Assembly: GCA_004524445.1 (NCBI GenBank)
Contig: SDNP01000010.1
Span: 1-64,000 of the forward strand
Origin: Candidatus Thorarchaeota archaeon
GTDB lineage: Archaea > Asgardarchaeota > Thorarchaeia > Thorarchaeales > Thorarchaeaceae
Reading direction: 5' to 3'
DNA: 64,000 bases
Of the stretch, positions 1 to 10,206 are shown piece by piece (the first letter of the stretch is position 1; every line of letters begins with the position of its first letter). The notes under the pieces were generated by a model, which saw only the letters and a list, made by a program, of their open reading frames with translations, did no database searches and was not told where the DNA came from. The position numbers and the translations under genes are program-made.

Positions 1-500
1 ATGGTATCGCAGTGGAGAATGGCTATGTCTATGTCACCGGATATACTTCTTCCACAGGCTTTCCAGTGGTCAATGCCTACGATGCAACTCACGATACTAA
101 TTCGGATTGCTTCGTGACGAAGCTGGCGACCGACGGTCAGTCCTTGGTCTACAGCACCTTCCTGGGCGGAGGCGATACTGAACGTGGAGGAGGTATCGCA
201 GTGGAGAATGGCTATGTCTATGTCATCGGAGATACTTGGTCCACAAACTTTCCAGTGGTCAATGCCTACGATGCAACTCACAATGGTGGGCCGGATTGCT
301 TCGTAACGAAGCTGGCGACGGACGGTCAGTCCTTGGTCTACAGCACCTTCCTTGGAGGATCTAGCAGTGATTTAGGGTATGGTATCGCAGTGGAGAATGG
401 CTATGTCTATGTCACCGGATATACTTCTTCCACAGGCTTTCCAGTGGTCAATGCCTACGATGCAACTCACAATGGTATTTCGGATTGCTTCGTAACGATC
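1..500 (+). repeat. Near-identical 189-nt (63-aa) tandem coding repeats
   Basis: ggtatcgcagtggagaatggctatgtctatgtca starts at 3, 192 and 381; copies 1 and 3 are identical over about 90 nt. Confidence 0.95.
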
Positions 501-2798
501 CTAGCTGAAGATAGCGACTCAGATGGTCTGTCCAACTGGGATGAAGATTTCATTCATGGTACAGATCCTCGCAACATAGACACTGACAATGACAACTATC
601 ATGATGGTTATGAGGTCGAGATGGGGACCGACTCCCTTGATCCAGAACACTACCCTGGTATGCACCACGACCTGCAATACAGCAGTTATCTCGGTGGGTC
701 CCTAGATGATATGGGCTATGACATCGCAGTTGAGGACAGCTTCATATACATCACTGGTAAAACGCATTCAGGTAATTTTCCGACAGTCAATGCAATCGAT
801 GGAACACACAATGGTATGGGTGATGCATATGTCCTCAAACTGACCGAGGATGGTAATAGCATTGTATATAGCACGTTCATCGGCGGTTCTGACAACGAAC
901 TAGGTAACGCTATCGCAGTAAATGATGGGTGGGTTTGGGTGACAGGATATACCTACTCGACTGACTTTCCTACTGTGAATGCCTATGATGCAACGCATAA
1001 CGATGATAGGGACTGCTTTGTCCTTAGATTGACTCCGAGCGGTACCTCTTTATGGTTCAGTACATTCCTCGGTGGGTCTGGGGATGACTTTGGAGAGGAT
1101 GTCGCTGTCTGGAATAATCTAACATACGTTACTGGTTCTACGACGTCTGCTGGGTACCCAGTAACAACCGGAGCATTTGATGAGAGCCATAACGGCCAGC
1201 AAGACGCGTTTGTGACCAAAATCTCTTCTGATGGGTCCACCCTGGTCTACAGCACGTTCCTAGGTGGTACACAGAATGACTATGGTCACGGAATCGCTGT
1301 TGAGGACGCGTATGCATACATCACTGGGACAACAGTATCAGCATTCCCACTAAACAATCCCTATGATGGTACTCATGATGTCGGCTATGATGGTTTTGTA
1401 TCGAAGATATCCTTGGATGGGACGTCACTCATTTTCAGTACCTATATTGGTGCAGAATCATATGACAATCCACAAGATATAGCAGTAGAGGATGGGAATG
1501 CATATATTGTTGGTATAACTGGTTCTCTGCTGTTTCCAACAGTCCATGCGTATTGCTCTTCTCATCATGGAGATACGAGAGATGTGTTCGTTACAAAATT
1601 TGCTGCAGACGGTCAATCCCTTGACTACAGTACTTTTCTAGGGGGCACAGGTGCGGATTATGGTCTAGCTATTAGTGTTGAGAATGGCTATGCTGGTGTA
1701 ACCGGCTATACGAATTCCACAGATTATCCAACCACCTTCAATCAACCCAGTGGTGATGGTGATGAATGCTTCATAACGATGTTGTCAAAACACGGTCAGA
1801 GTATTATCTACAGTACAGTACTCGGTGGTGAGGGTGATGACAGAGGTCAAGGTATCGCAGTGCATGATGGTACCATGTATGCCACTGGATTAACAAGGTC
1901 TAATCATTTCCCAACTCATATTCCATTCGACTCATCTTACAATGGAAACTGGGATGCATTCGTTGCCGTCATCGGTCTTGACTCTGACCGAGATGGTGTG
2001 TGTGACTCCTGGGAGAACATGCTGGGGACCGACCCCAACTGGATTGACACAGATAATGATAACTTCCTCGATTACTACGAGTTCGTCTACGGCAGCAATG
2101 CGACTGATCCCGAAGACTATCCCGCTATGCCTCAAGTGTGGTATGAGGCCATCTACAATGATCTAGACGGAAACTCCACTCTAATCCAGCAAATCAAGGA
2201 CTGGCTTGATGGAAATCACACAGCCATCGAGACCCTGTTCACCTATGTTGAGGGGAATGCGACACTCCTATTGGATACAGTGGACGCTCTAGAAGGAAAC
2301 GCCACGGAGCTTGCTGTTGTAGCCGCACTTGCAACAGCCAATTATGACTGGTTGGAACAGCTAAATGCTACGGCGATAACCAACCTCACAGAGATCCGAG
2401 AGGTCCTCAATCAGCTAGGGGCATCTGTAGGCGACGCCGACTACGATGGACTTGACGACATAGACGAGCTGGAGCATGGCACGGACCTGCAATGTATAGA
2501 CACCGACTGTGATAATCTGAATGATGCCTATGAAATAAAAATAGGAACTGATCCATTGGACGACGATAGCGATGGGGACAGTTATCTTGATGGTGCAGAG
2601 ATTCTGAGTGGTACTGACCCACTTGATCCTAATTCGTATCCAGGGTCCTCAACGGATACTGATACGACGACCACCACAGCCCCACCACCGGACGAATCGT
2701 CACCGCTCATGATCATGGTTATCGTTATGGGAGCAGGAATCGGAGTAGTTGTAATCGTCGCGATTTTCCTCATCAGAAGACGAAGAGCGGCAGGGTAG
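1..2798 (+). CDS. Large cell-surface protein, 5'-truncated: SBBP beta-propeller repeats, DxDxDG Ca-binding repeats, helical stalk, C-terminal TM anchor
   Basis: Frame is open from nt 3 (GIAVEN...). Repeated YSTFLGG..D.G.GIAV...YVTG.T.S..FP blades, DSDxDGL/DTDND repeats, Thr/Pro linker, hydrophobic helix and RRRR tail. Confidence 0.85.
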   Translation, partial: GIAVENGYVYVTGYTSSTGFPVVNAYDATHDTNSDCFVTKLATDGQSLVYSTFLGGGDTERGGGIAVENGYVYVIGDTWSTNFPVVNAYDATHNGGPDCFVTKLATDGQSLVYSTFLGGSSSDLGYGIAVENGYVYVTGYTSSTGFPVVNAYDATHNGISDCFVTILAEDSDSDGLSNWDEDFIHGTDPRNIDTDNDNYHDGYEVEMGTDSLDPEHYPGMHHDLQYSSYLGGSLDDMGYDIAVEDSFIYITGKTHSGNFPTVNAIDGTHNGMGDAYVLKLTEDGNSIVYSTFIGGSDNELGNAIAVNDGWVWVTGYTYSTDFPTVNAYDATHNDDRDCFVLRLTPSGTSLWFSTFLGGSGDDFGEDVAVWNNLTYVTGSTTSAGYPVTTGAFDESHNGQQDAFVTKISSDGSTLVYSTFLGGTQNDYGHGIAVEDAYAYITGTTVSAFPLNNPYDGTHDVGYDGFVSKISLDGTSLIFSTYIGAESYDNPQDIAVEDGNAYIVGITGSLLFPTVHAYCSSHHGDTRDVFVTKFAADGQSLDYSTFLGGTGADYGLAISVENGYAGVTGYTNSTDYPTTFNQPSGDGDECFITMLSKHGQSIIYSTVLGGEGDDRGQGIAVHDGTMYATGLTRSNHFPTHIPFDSSYNGNWDAFVAVIGLDSDRDGVCDSWENMLGTDPNWIDTDNDNFLDYYEFVYGSNATDPEDYPAMPQVWYEAIYNDLDGNSTLIQQIKDWLDGNHTAIETLFTYVEGNATLLLDTVDALEGNATELAVVAALATANYDWLEQLNATAITNLTEIREVLNQLGASVGDADYDGLDDIDELEHGTDLQCIDTDCDNLNDAYEIKIGTDPLDDDSDGDSYLDGAEILSGTDPLDPNSYPGSSTDTDTTTTTAPPPDESSPLMIMVIVMGAGIGVVVIVAIFLIRRRRAAG

Positions 2799-2827
2799 GA
2801 ATAGCGCTAAAGCGTATCTGAACTATC

Positions 2828-2862
2828 GGTGTCAGTCGCCGTCACGAGGTTTGACTGGCACC
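2828..2862 (+). terminator. Stem-loop between convergent genes
   Basis: ggtgtcagtc-N15-gactggcacc, a 10-bp stem with one G-U pair, 30 nt after the stop codon. Confidence 0.35.
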
Positions 2863-2993
2863 ACATCATCTCCAAAGACAAGTCTGCATCTCATTTATGA
2901 GCACACTAACCCAACCATCGCAGATTTGTCGAACCTGGACTAGAATATTGCGATTGACTTGCTTCCAAACGCGTTATGGCTGGCTCCATCCAA

Positions 2994-3959
2994 CTATGTC
3001 ATCATAACTTTCTTTGAAGAGATTACTGCAGGTGTTGTCACGGTGGCAAGCGAGATTTCGGTTGCACCGAATGATTTTGCAATCCTCCTAACTGCTCTTC
3101 TCATGAATCGCAACAAAATCTCATTGAAGACAATGACGGGAATGACGTAGGCCATAGCGACGATGGGCAGCCCAAACGATTGGAGTGTGGCGGTGAGAAT
3201 GGACGTGATACTCAATTGGTTAGCCGCGATTATTGGAATGAAGTTGTTCACAAATGCAAGAATGGGGATAGTGAGCAGGGTGAATCCTCCGAGAAGGTTA
3301 CTCAACCAGCGCCCTACACCAATAGTATCTGGGCATCTTCGTACCCTCAGTTCCTCATCCTTCAGATGCATGACAATTCCAGCGTCATTGAGCAGCCATG
3401 TTGGAATGAAGAATCCCAACACAACAGGAAGCAGTATCAGCGCACTTACAATCTGAACCAGAGAATAATAGAAGGGAATAGCAGGGGGAGGCAAATTTGT
3501 GACTTCTGTGAATATGTAGTTCCTAAGAAGACTAGAAACAACTCCACCCAGCGATAGAGCAAAGAGGGCTGGAATTACCGACCTGCGAATCATCCTAATG
3601 CTCCCAAAATCTTCTCCAAGCTCGAGAATACTGATATCATATGCAGTAGAGCGGATGAGCATTGTTCCAAGCAACAGAATTGCGGCAATTGGCAATCCCA
3701 GAATGAGATACTCTGCGATGGTTATTATTGGAATGTACGTGAGTATCCAGTTGACATCGCTAACTGCTCTACCAGTCAAGGGACCGCCAATAAGATCATA
3801 CATTCCACCGTTAGGCAGAATTGCTACTAGGTTTTCTACAATACGTTGTATGAGCAATCCTGCAAGAACCACTCCTGCAACCGCAAAAACGATAGGTGCT
3901 ATGAATCTCAGATTTTTGTGAGTCATTGTCGCAACCATTACCCAAAACGATGGATCCAC
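2994..3959 (-). CDS. Hypothetical multi-pass membrane protein (start may be slightly downstream)
   Basis: 321 aa with several hydrophobic helices. Confidence 0.7.
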   Translation of the reverse strand: MDPSFWVMVATMTHKNLRFIAPIVFAVAGVVLAGLLIQRIVENLVAILPNGGMYDLIGGPLTGRAVSDVNWILTYIPIITIAEYLILGLPIAAILLLGTMLIRSTAYDISILELGEDFGSIRMIRRSVIPALFALSLGGVVSSLLRNYIFTEVTNLPPPAIPFYYSLVQIVSALILLPVVLGFFIPTWLLNDAGIVMHLKDEELRVRRCPDTIGVGRWLSNLLGGFTLLTIPILAFVNNFIPIIAANQLSITSILTATLQSFGLPIVAMAYVIPVIVFNEILLRFMRRAVRRIAKSFGATEISLATVTTPAVISSKKVMMT

Positions 3960-4101
3960 ATTTGAGCTTACTTATTACTTGCATAAGACGATGATATGAA
4001 TTCCAAGTTCTTTTGGAATACGACCTCTCGCCATTTCTTCCTTCAGAGTTTCAAAGGAATATATTCTTTTAGAATCCTAATGGTTTGTAGTCCGTTTTCT
4101 C

Positions 4102-5067
4102 TCATATCGATAATGGATCAACAAGCTTTAGAAGAGTTTCATTGAGCGGCTTCTGTTTGCTGTAGGTATCAGCGAATTCAGTTTCCGCTACTTCTCCATC
4201 TATTTCTCCAACCAGTATGCCGCTTTTCCCTGCCGTCAAGCATTCTATTGCATAAGAACCGAGTTTGGAGGCTAAAATCCGGTCTTGCCTTGATGGGCTA
4301 CCCCCACGTTGGATATAGCCTAGAACTGACACACGACAATTCTCTCGCACGCGCCCGGAGAGTTTCTTGCTAATTTCCATTGCATCTCCTTCTTCATCAC
4401 CCTCTGCAACGATGATGAATGCAAAGGTCTTTCCCCGTTCCCTACCCGCTATGATGTGGTCCGCAATAGCATCCAGATCAGTTGGAGTCTCGGGAATCAC
4501 AATGGCTTCTGCTCCACAACAAATTCCAACGTGTAGAGCGATTTCACCCCGATCCCTACCCATAGTTTCGATGAGGAAGAATCTGTCAAAGGACTGTGCA
4601 GTATCACGAATCTTGTCAACAGCCTCTATCGCATTATTGACTGCTGTATCAAATCCAATAGAGAAATCAGTACCATAGACATCATTGTCAATGGTTCCAG
4701 GGAGACCTATGATTTGCCCATCCCACAAGTCACCAAGGATTTCTAACGCACGCATTGTACCGTTGCCACCAATGGCAATAAGAGCGTCAAAACCCTCCTC
4801 CTTCAGAATACGAGCAGCCTTCTTTTGTCCCGCCTCCGTCCTATATTCCTTAGATCTGCCTGTAGTCAATATGGTTCCGCCACGGTGTATGATATTACCC
4901 ACAGAACGCGCCTCAAATGGTTGGAATTTCTTGTCCAAGATGCCTTGTAGTCCCCCTTTGATTCCAACAATCTCTAATTCATGAAAAATTCCAACTCTTA
5001 CTATGGCTCTGATACACGCATTCATACCGGGGCTATCCCCGCCGCTAGTAAGGACTCCAACTTTCAT
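4102..5067 (-). CDS. pfkA: ATP-dependent 6-phosphofructokinase (bacterial PfkA type)
   Basis: TSGGDSPGMNA, GGTIL, GGNG, PGTIDND (Gly at the ATP-specificity positions), ETMGR, LGYIQRGG. Confidence 0.93.
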   Translation of the reverse strand: MKVGVLTSGGDSPGMNACIRAIVRVGIFHELEIVGIKGGLQGILDKKFQPFEARSVGNIIHRGGTILTTGRSKEYRTEAGQKKAARILKEEGFDALIAIGGNGTMRALEILGDLWDGQIIGLPGTIDNDVYGTDFSIGFDTAVNNAIEAVDKIRDTAQSFDRFFLIETMGRDRGEIALHVGICCGAEAIVIPETPTDLDAIADHIIAGRERGKTFAFIIVAEGDEEGDAMEISKKLSGRVRENCRVSVLGYIQRGGSPSRQDRILASKLGSYAIECLTAGKSGILVGEIDGEVAETEFADTYSKQKPLNETLLKLVDPLSI

Positions 5068-5131
5068 ATCAGCATGATAGAAACGGTGACAAATAAGGAA
5101 ACCGCATCATTGTCAAATATACAATATCAGC

Positions 5132-6097
5132 CTAGACAAGGTTATTGGTCCGAAGAATAATGAGAACTGGTAAAGTAATCAGAATACTCAAAATCATAAT
5201 GACTGGGAATGCCAAAGGGTCCTGTTCCAATGGTAACCCTACGTTCATTCCATATATGCTCGCTATTAGGGTGGGAACAGAAACAAGCAGAGATATAGAA
5301 GTTAATGTTTTCATGACCCGATTCAAGTTATGGTTCACAATACTGTCATAGGCGTTCATGGCGTTTTCGATAAGCTCACGGTATATTGAGCTTAAATCCA
5401 TTTGTTGCTTCAGGTCAACTGCCAGTTCTTCGAGGCGGTCTTCGTAAAGAATCATGCGGCCAACTCTCTGCAGACTCCTCATCCTCCTGAGAACCCTCAT
5501 ATTGGAGCGAAGAGCGGTTTCTATGAAGATGGCATCTCTTGAGAGCTGGAAGAAACGATCCATCCTCGATGGATAGAGCTCCTTCATTATGCTCGCCTCA
5601 GTGTTCTTGATGGTCATCTCAATGATATCAAGTGTTGTTTCGAACGAATGGATAATCGCTTCCCACTCTCTGTATATGACTTCACTTGGAGTTGTTGCGC
5701 GGCGTACAGCATAGAGGAGCCGTTTCTTTCGAAGGGGGAATCTTTCGTTTTGAATGATTATAATATCTCTACCATTAGTAACCATTCCGACCGGAGCAGT
5801 TGAGTGTACTCTATCGGTAACATCTAGGTCAAGAGGTACCCTCAGAACAACTAGTGTAAACTTGTCTTCGACCTGCAAACGAGGGCGCTCATCAGGATCG
5901 TTCAAGTCCTGCAAGTCCTCAAGGTCAATATCGAATCTTCTTGAGATGTCTAAGAGCATATCAGGTTGAATGCCAATCATTTCTACAAGAAGGGGTTCTT
6001 CGGGTGCGCTTTCAAGGTTTTCGTACTCAATTCCACTCTCCAGTGCCATGATGACGCAACTGCTCTCTTTCTTCTCTTTTGTACTCATCATAGACAC
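5132..6097 (-). CDS. corA: CorA family Mg2+ transporter
   Basis: ERPR, MKTLT, YGMN signature and two C-terminal TM helices. Confidence 0.88.
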   Translation of the reverse strand: MSMMSTKEKKESSCVIMALESGIEYENLESAPEEPLLVEMIGIQPDMLLDISRRFDIDLEDLQDLNDPDERPRLQVEDKFTLVVLRVPLDLDVTDRVHSTAPVGMVTNGRDIIIIQNERFPLRKKRLLYAVRRATTPSEVIYREWEAIIHSFETTLDIIEMTIKNTEASIMKELYPSRMDRFFQLSRDAIFIETALRSNMRVLRRMRSLQRVGRMILYEDRLEELAVDLKQQMDLSSIYRELIENAMNAYDSIVNHNLNRVMKTLTSISLLVSVPTLIASIYGMNVGLPLEQDPLAFPVIMILSILITLPVLIILRTNNLV

Positions 6098-6326
6098 CTC
6101 TTGGCTTGACGTGATATCGGTATGGAGATATTTGGATTGTCATATTACAAGTGAGCCTCATAATGTATTAGGATGAATCACCCTGAATAATCCAATTTAA
6201 ATTGACATCTTTGGCTTTTGAGCTTTTTCTTCCGCGTTGAAAAGATTCATCTTTAACGCGATACTCTGATGATGTACTCTTGCTGCATTACTGTGTTCGG
6301 CTGCAGTTAACAATCATTGGAGAATC

Positions 6327-7430
6327 ATGATGCAAATGCTGGATATGTTTTTGAATCTGGGCACTTTTCTGGTAGGTTTGGCACTACTGGTCAAAGGCTC
6401 GGACTATCTCATACAATCAGCTACAGATATAGCGAAGCAGTTCAATGTATCTGACTTGCTCATTGGTCTTACGATAGTTGCTATTGGCACGTCACTTCCC
6501 GAAGTTCTTGCGTCACTTGTAGCTCTCTTTTTCGGGCGAGCAGACCTGGCGTTCTCAAATGTTATTGGAAGTAGTCTAGCTAATCTCACTCTGATTGTTG
6601 GAATTGGTGCCATCGTTGCCCCTTTGGCCACGAATCATATAGTCCTGGACCGAGATACCAAGATTATGATTTTGATGTTCGTATTGATAGCAGTCATGAT
6701 GCTGAATCCTCTTGCCTTTGGGTTTATTTCCATTATAGAATCCATAATCCTGTTATTGTTCATGATAGCCTACCTTTCATTCCTCTATTGGGGGCGAGAT
6801 GAATGCGATACCTGCTATCAATTTTCTATTTTCGTGGACTTCTTCATCAAAATGCGTTTTCTTACTGCAATTCGAGGAAAGGCGGCACCTCCACCCACTT
6901 CCAAGCAGGCACAGGAGGCAAGAGGAAAAGGGAGTGAAGAGGAAGAAGAACCTGCCAGTCTATTGAAACTCAAGAAGGAATTGGCGATTGTTGTTGTATC
7001 GGGGATAGCCGTCGCAATCGGTGCGCAATGGGTGGTTGCAGGAGCCGAATATATAAGTCTGAATTTTGGGATAGGAGAGAGCGTTATTGGGTTTACAATT
7101 ATATCGATTGGAACATCTCTTCCTGAACTCTCAGTTTCGATTAACAGCGCAAGACATGGCTTTGGCAGATTGCTCATTGGAAATGTTGTAGGCAGCAACA
7201 TAATCAACATAGCAATGGGTCTAGGATTCGCATACATTTTTACTACTGCAACCGTTCAGACCTTCTCTGCAGTGCTTCAGCTATCATTACTGTTGATCGT
7301 ATCGATTGTGTTCTACTACTTCATAAGAGAGGATTGGAGAGTGACTCGCGTGGAAGGCATTATTCTGGTAATGCTATATCTTGTAGTCCAGGTCATATTG
7401 ATTGGAAGTATCCAAGCCGTCATTATCTAG
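6327..7430 (+). CDS. Ca2+/cation (CaCA, YrbG-like) antiporter
   Basis: Two alpha repeats GTSLPE...GS(S/N). Confidence 0.9.
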   Translation: MMQMLDMFLNLGTFLVGLALLVKGSDYLIQSATDIAKQFNVSDLLIGLTIVAIGTSLPEVLASLVALFFGRADLAFSNVIGSSLANLTLIVGIGAIVAPLATNHIVLDRDTKIMILMFVLIAVMMLNPLAFGFISIIESIILLLFMIAYLSFLYWGRDECDTCYQFSIFVDFFIKMRFLTAIRGKAAPPPTSKQAQEARGKGSEEEEEPASLLKLKKELAIVVVSGIAVAIGAQWVVAGAEYISLNFGIGESVIGFTIISIGTSLPELSVSINSARHGFGRLLIGNVVGSNIINIAMGLGFAYIFTTATVQTFSAVLQLSLLLIVSIVFYYFIREDWRVTRVEGIILVMLYLVVQVILIGSIQAVII

Positions 7431-7936
7431 CAGAATTTTTTTTCTCTATCGGGACCTTTGATAACTGATAACACCATATCCAAATCGGGGAGTTCATGTG
7501 CCTTGTCTGAAACCCACCTATAGATTATTCTTTGCTTTTCATTTAGTACAAATACGCTCGGGAGAGCAACATGCCGGAATCCATCATATTCTTCGACAAA
7601 AACTCCATACTTTTTTGCAACGGTTCTCTCAAAATCGCTGAGGAGGATAAAAGGTAGCTCTTCTTGCTCCACAAGCGTCTTCAAGGTCTGGATTGGATCA
7701 ACACTTATTGCAAGGACCTTAGCACCTAAGGCCTGCAGACCTATGTAGGAGTCTTTAACCTTCTGCAATTCCATCATGGAAAACATTGTGAAGCTTATGG
7801 GGTAGAATACTATAACAACACAGTTTCCAGATAATTCTAGTAGTTGAATATCTTCACCATTCGTAGCAGGCAATGTGAAGTCTGGTGCAATCTGTCCCTC
7901 TTGAGGGGGAGATTTACTGGAATCCGGGTCAGTCAT
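7427..7936 (-). CDS. AhpC/TSA redoxin-fold protein lacking the peroxidatic Cys
   Basis: APDFTLP, FYP, ISVD, LLSDF; the PxxxTxxC motif reads PISFTMFS. Confidence 0.85.
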   Translation of the reverse strand: MTDPDSSKSPPQEGQIAPDFTLPATNGEDIQLLELSGNCVVIVFYPISFTMFSMMELQKVKDSYIGLQALGAKVLAISVDPIQTLKTLVEQEELPFILLSDFERTVAKKYGVFVEEYDGFRHVALPSVFVLNEKQRIIYRWVSDKAHELPDLDMVLSVIKGPDREKKFC

Positions 7937-7991
7937 AATGAAAGATATGACGAATTCTCTTTTCTACTTTCTGACTTAGCCAATGTCCTCA

Positions 7992-9308
7992 TCAAATAAC
8001 GACGCTCTCAACCTCTACATCTCGGTCCTTTATGCTAAGAGCAGTTGATGATATAGTTCTTCCACCGAAAAGCTCTGCTTCGCCCTTTCCTTGATAGAGA
8101 GCATTAGCGATTCGCGCCATAGCATCTGCTTTCATTATCCCACTACCACTCGCACCGTTAGCAACCAGGACTCCATTTTCGTAGTAGACGAATGGAATTG
8201 CATCTGGTGAGTAGCAATAACCGCCTGCCCAACTATTTACTGGTCGCACATCACTAAAAGCGGGAAAGTACTTCGAGAGAACCGGGTAGATGCCATTCTC
8301 AAAGTAGGAGCTCTCGGGGGCTAGAACATCATCAGTCTGAATATACTTGTAAGCTCGACCGAATTTGTCCCCGCAGCCAATCCAGAATCCCTCCTCCTGT
8401 AATTGAGGACGAAAATAGACTCCCGCAGAAGGAAGAATCACGAAGGGTATCGAATCAAGTTCATTGAAACCCTCGCTATGCAGCACATCCTGCAGTCGTT
8501 TCTTATCCTCTGCATGAATGACAAACATCTGCCGTTTTTTGCATTTTGTTTGGCTATTCATTCCAATGGGATCGAGCAGCTCATTCGCCCAAGCTCCTGT
8601 AGCTAAAACAATTGTATCTGCATGTATTTCCGCTTCGTCGGTTTCAATACCAATAACACGTTTGTTTTGCCAAACATAGGGTTCTCCGGGCAGCTCTAAG
8701 GGCGGAACTGCTCCAAGGATAAGCCGCTTCACATTGAAACCGAATCTGGGCTTCACATGTGTTATCTTCTTGAATTCCTCAAGATAGTATTCAACCAGAC
8801 GTGTTGGGTCGAGAAAGCCGCAATCCCCACCAAACAGGCCATAATCGACCTCTTCGAGATTCATTAGGTCTACTTCTTCGTCACCTATGAAGTCAACGTT
8901 TAAAGAAGGAATCATCTTCTTGAGCTGCTTCTTATCATATACTTCGTGATGAATTCCAGACTTCTCCATCCGATTCATCCATTCCTTGACACTGGGGTGA
9001 TTGAATTGTGTCTCGCTCATAAGCCAAAGATAACCGGCCTTCTCGAAATGTAGGTCGTAGCCAATCTCTTCTTGAACATGTTCAATGTATTTGATTGTTG
9101 TATCGGTCAACAACTGATTTGTGGAGCTAGCGAACATGTTGCGTACCGCAGCTGCACTCAGGGCAGTATTTGCTTGTCCTGCCGCTGCATATCGGTCAAC
9201 TATCAGAATATTCTTGTCGGGATTATTCTTCTGCAGATGATATGCAGTAGCCACACCGATGACGCCAGCGCCTACAATGATGATATCAAAAGATTCGATT
9301 TCGGTCAT
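7992..9308 (-). CDS. FAD-dependent oxidoreductase (DAO/sarcosine oxidase beta-like)
   Basis: GAGVIG, ATGAW, WAGGYCYSPD, GSGIMKAD. Confidence 0.85.
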   Translation of the reverse strand: MTEIESFDIIIVGAGVIGVATAYHLQKNNPDKNILIVDRYAAAGQANTALSAAAVRNMFASSTNQLLTDTTIKYIEHVQEEIGYDLHFEKAGYLWLMSETQFNHPSVKEWMNRMEKSGIHHEVYDKKQLKKMIPSLNVDFIGDEEVDLMNLEEVDYGLFGGDCGFLDPTRLVEYYLEEFKKITHVKPRFGFNVKRLILGAVPPLELPGEPYVWQNKRVIGIETDEAEIHADTIVLATGAWANELLDPIGMNSQTKCKKRQMFVIHAEDKKRLQDVLHSEGFNELDSIPFVILPSAGVYFRPQLQEEGFWIGCGDKFGRAYKYIQTDDVLAPESSYFENGIYPVLSKYFPAFSDVRPVNSWAGGYCYSPDAIPFVYYENGVLVANGASGSGIMKADAMARIANALYQGKGEAELFGGRTISSTALSIKDRDVEVESVVI

Positions 9309-9387
9309 TCGTGATGAGCCCCTATCTTGCGTTTTTCGACTGAGTATGACTTGCCTTTAACGATTTTGATGATCTCATGTTGAGTGC

Positions 9388-10206
9388 TCACGAGCTCCTC
9401 GCTGCCACAGTAATTTGCATTCGCTCATTGAAGATCTGCTTTAGGAATAAGCGTGATGTCATCTCTGCCGCAATCACCTGTCCAAGAAATATCATGACGA
9501 AGATTATGACTTGATACAATGCAGAATAAATCGGGTCCTGTCCCCCAATAATCATCCCTGACATTAACCCGGGAATGCTGACAATGCCGAGTGCAGCATA
9601 TCTATTCAGCATGGGAATAATGCTGGAACTCATGGCGTCTCGGATGGATGTTTCTGATGCCTCATAGGGTGTGGCTCCCAGGGCCAAAGCAGTTTCCAAA
9701 AGGCCTCGTTGCTTCTGAGCATCCGAGTGCATCCGTTCAATAAGAAGGCTGCATAGACTCATACAGTTGCCGATGACCATGCCCCCCATAGGAATGATAT
9801 ACTCACCAATCGGAGGGATTATGCCCATAACGATAGTAAGGGTCATTACCAGCAGTCCGCCAACAAGAATCCCAGGTAGTGCAGCCGTGGCGACTCCGTC
9901 AATCTCATCCAAGTTGTTCCTGGCCGTATACGCTGCTGAAAGGCACATGAATACCAACATGGCATAGATCAATAGGATGTTCTTGATGTCAAAAATCGCT
10001 AACAGAACAGATGCTACTATGACAATCTGAATAGTTCCTCGGAGAGTTCCAATCAAAAGTTTGTCAGTTACGTCAAGCCCCTGCCATCGAGTGATGAAAA
10101 TTAAAACAACAAGCAGGACCATAGCCATGGCATAGGCTTGGAGTCCTTGAATCAGCTGTTCACTGATGGTGATGGGAATTCCGAAAATGTCGAAACTGAA
10201 CTGCAT
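9388..10206 (-). CDS. fetB: ABC permease, FetB/YbbM (UPF0014)
   Basis: IPMGGMVIGNCM, LALGAT, GIVSIPGLMSGMIIGG.DP. Confidence 0.85.
   Translation of the reverse strand: MQFSFDIFGIPITISEQLIQGLQAYAMAMVLLVVLIFITRWQGLDVTDKLLIGTLRGTIQIVIVASVLLAIFDIKNILLIYAMLVFMCLSAAYTARNNLDEIDGVATAALPGILVGGLLVMTLTIVMGIIPPIGEYIIPMGGMVIGNCMSLCSLLIERMHSDAQKQRGLLETALALGATPYEASETSIRDAMSSSIIPMLNRYAALGIVSIPGLMSGMIIGGQDPIYSALYQVIIFVMIFLGQVIAAEMTSRLFLKQIFNERMQITVAARSS

Noticed and set aside
1-500. CRISPR array or DGR template/variable repeat
   Set aside because: Repeats are in-frame 189-nt coding units with no spacers; differences are not adenine-specific and no reverse transcriptase is present
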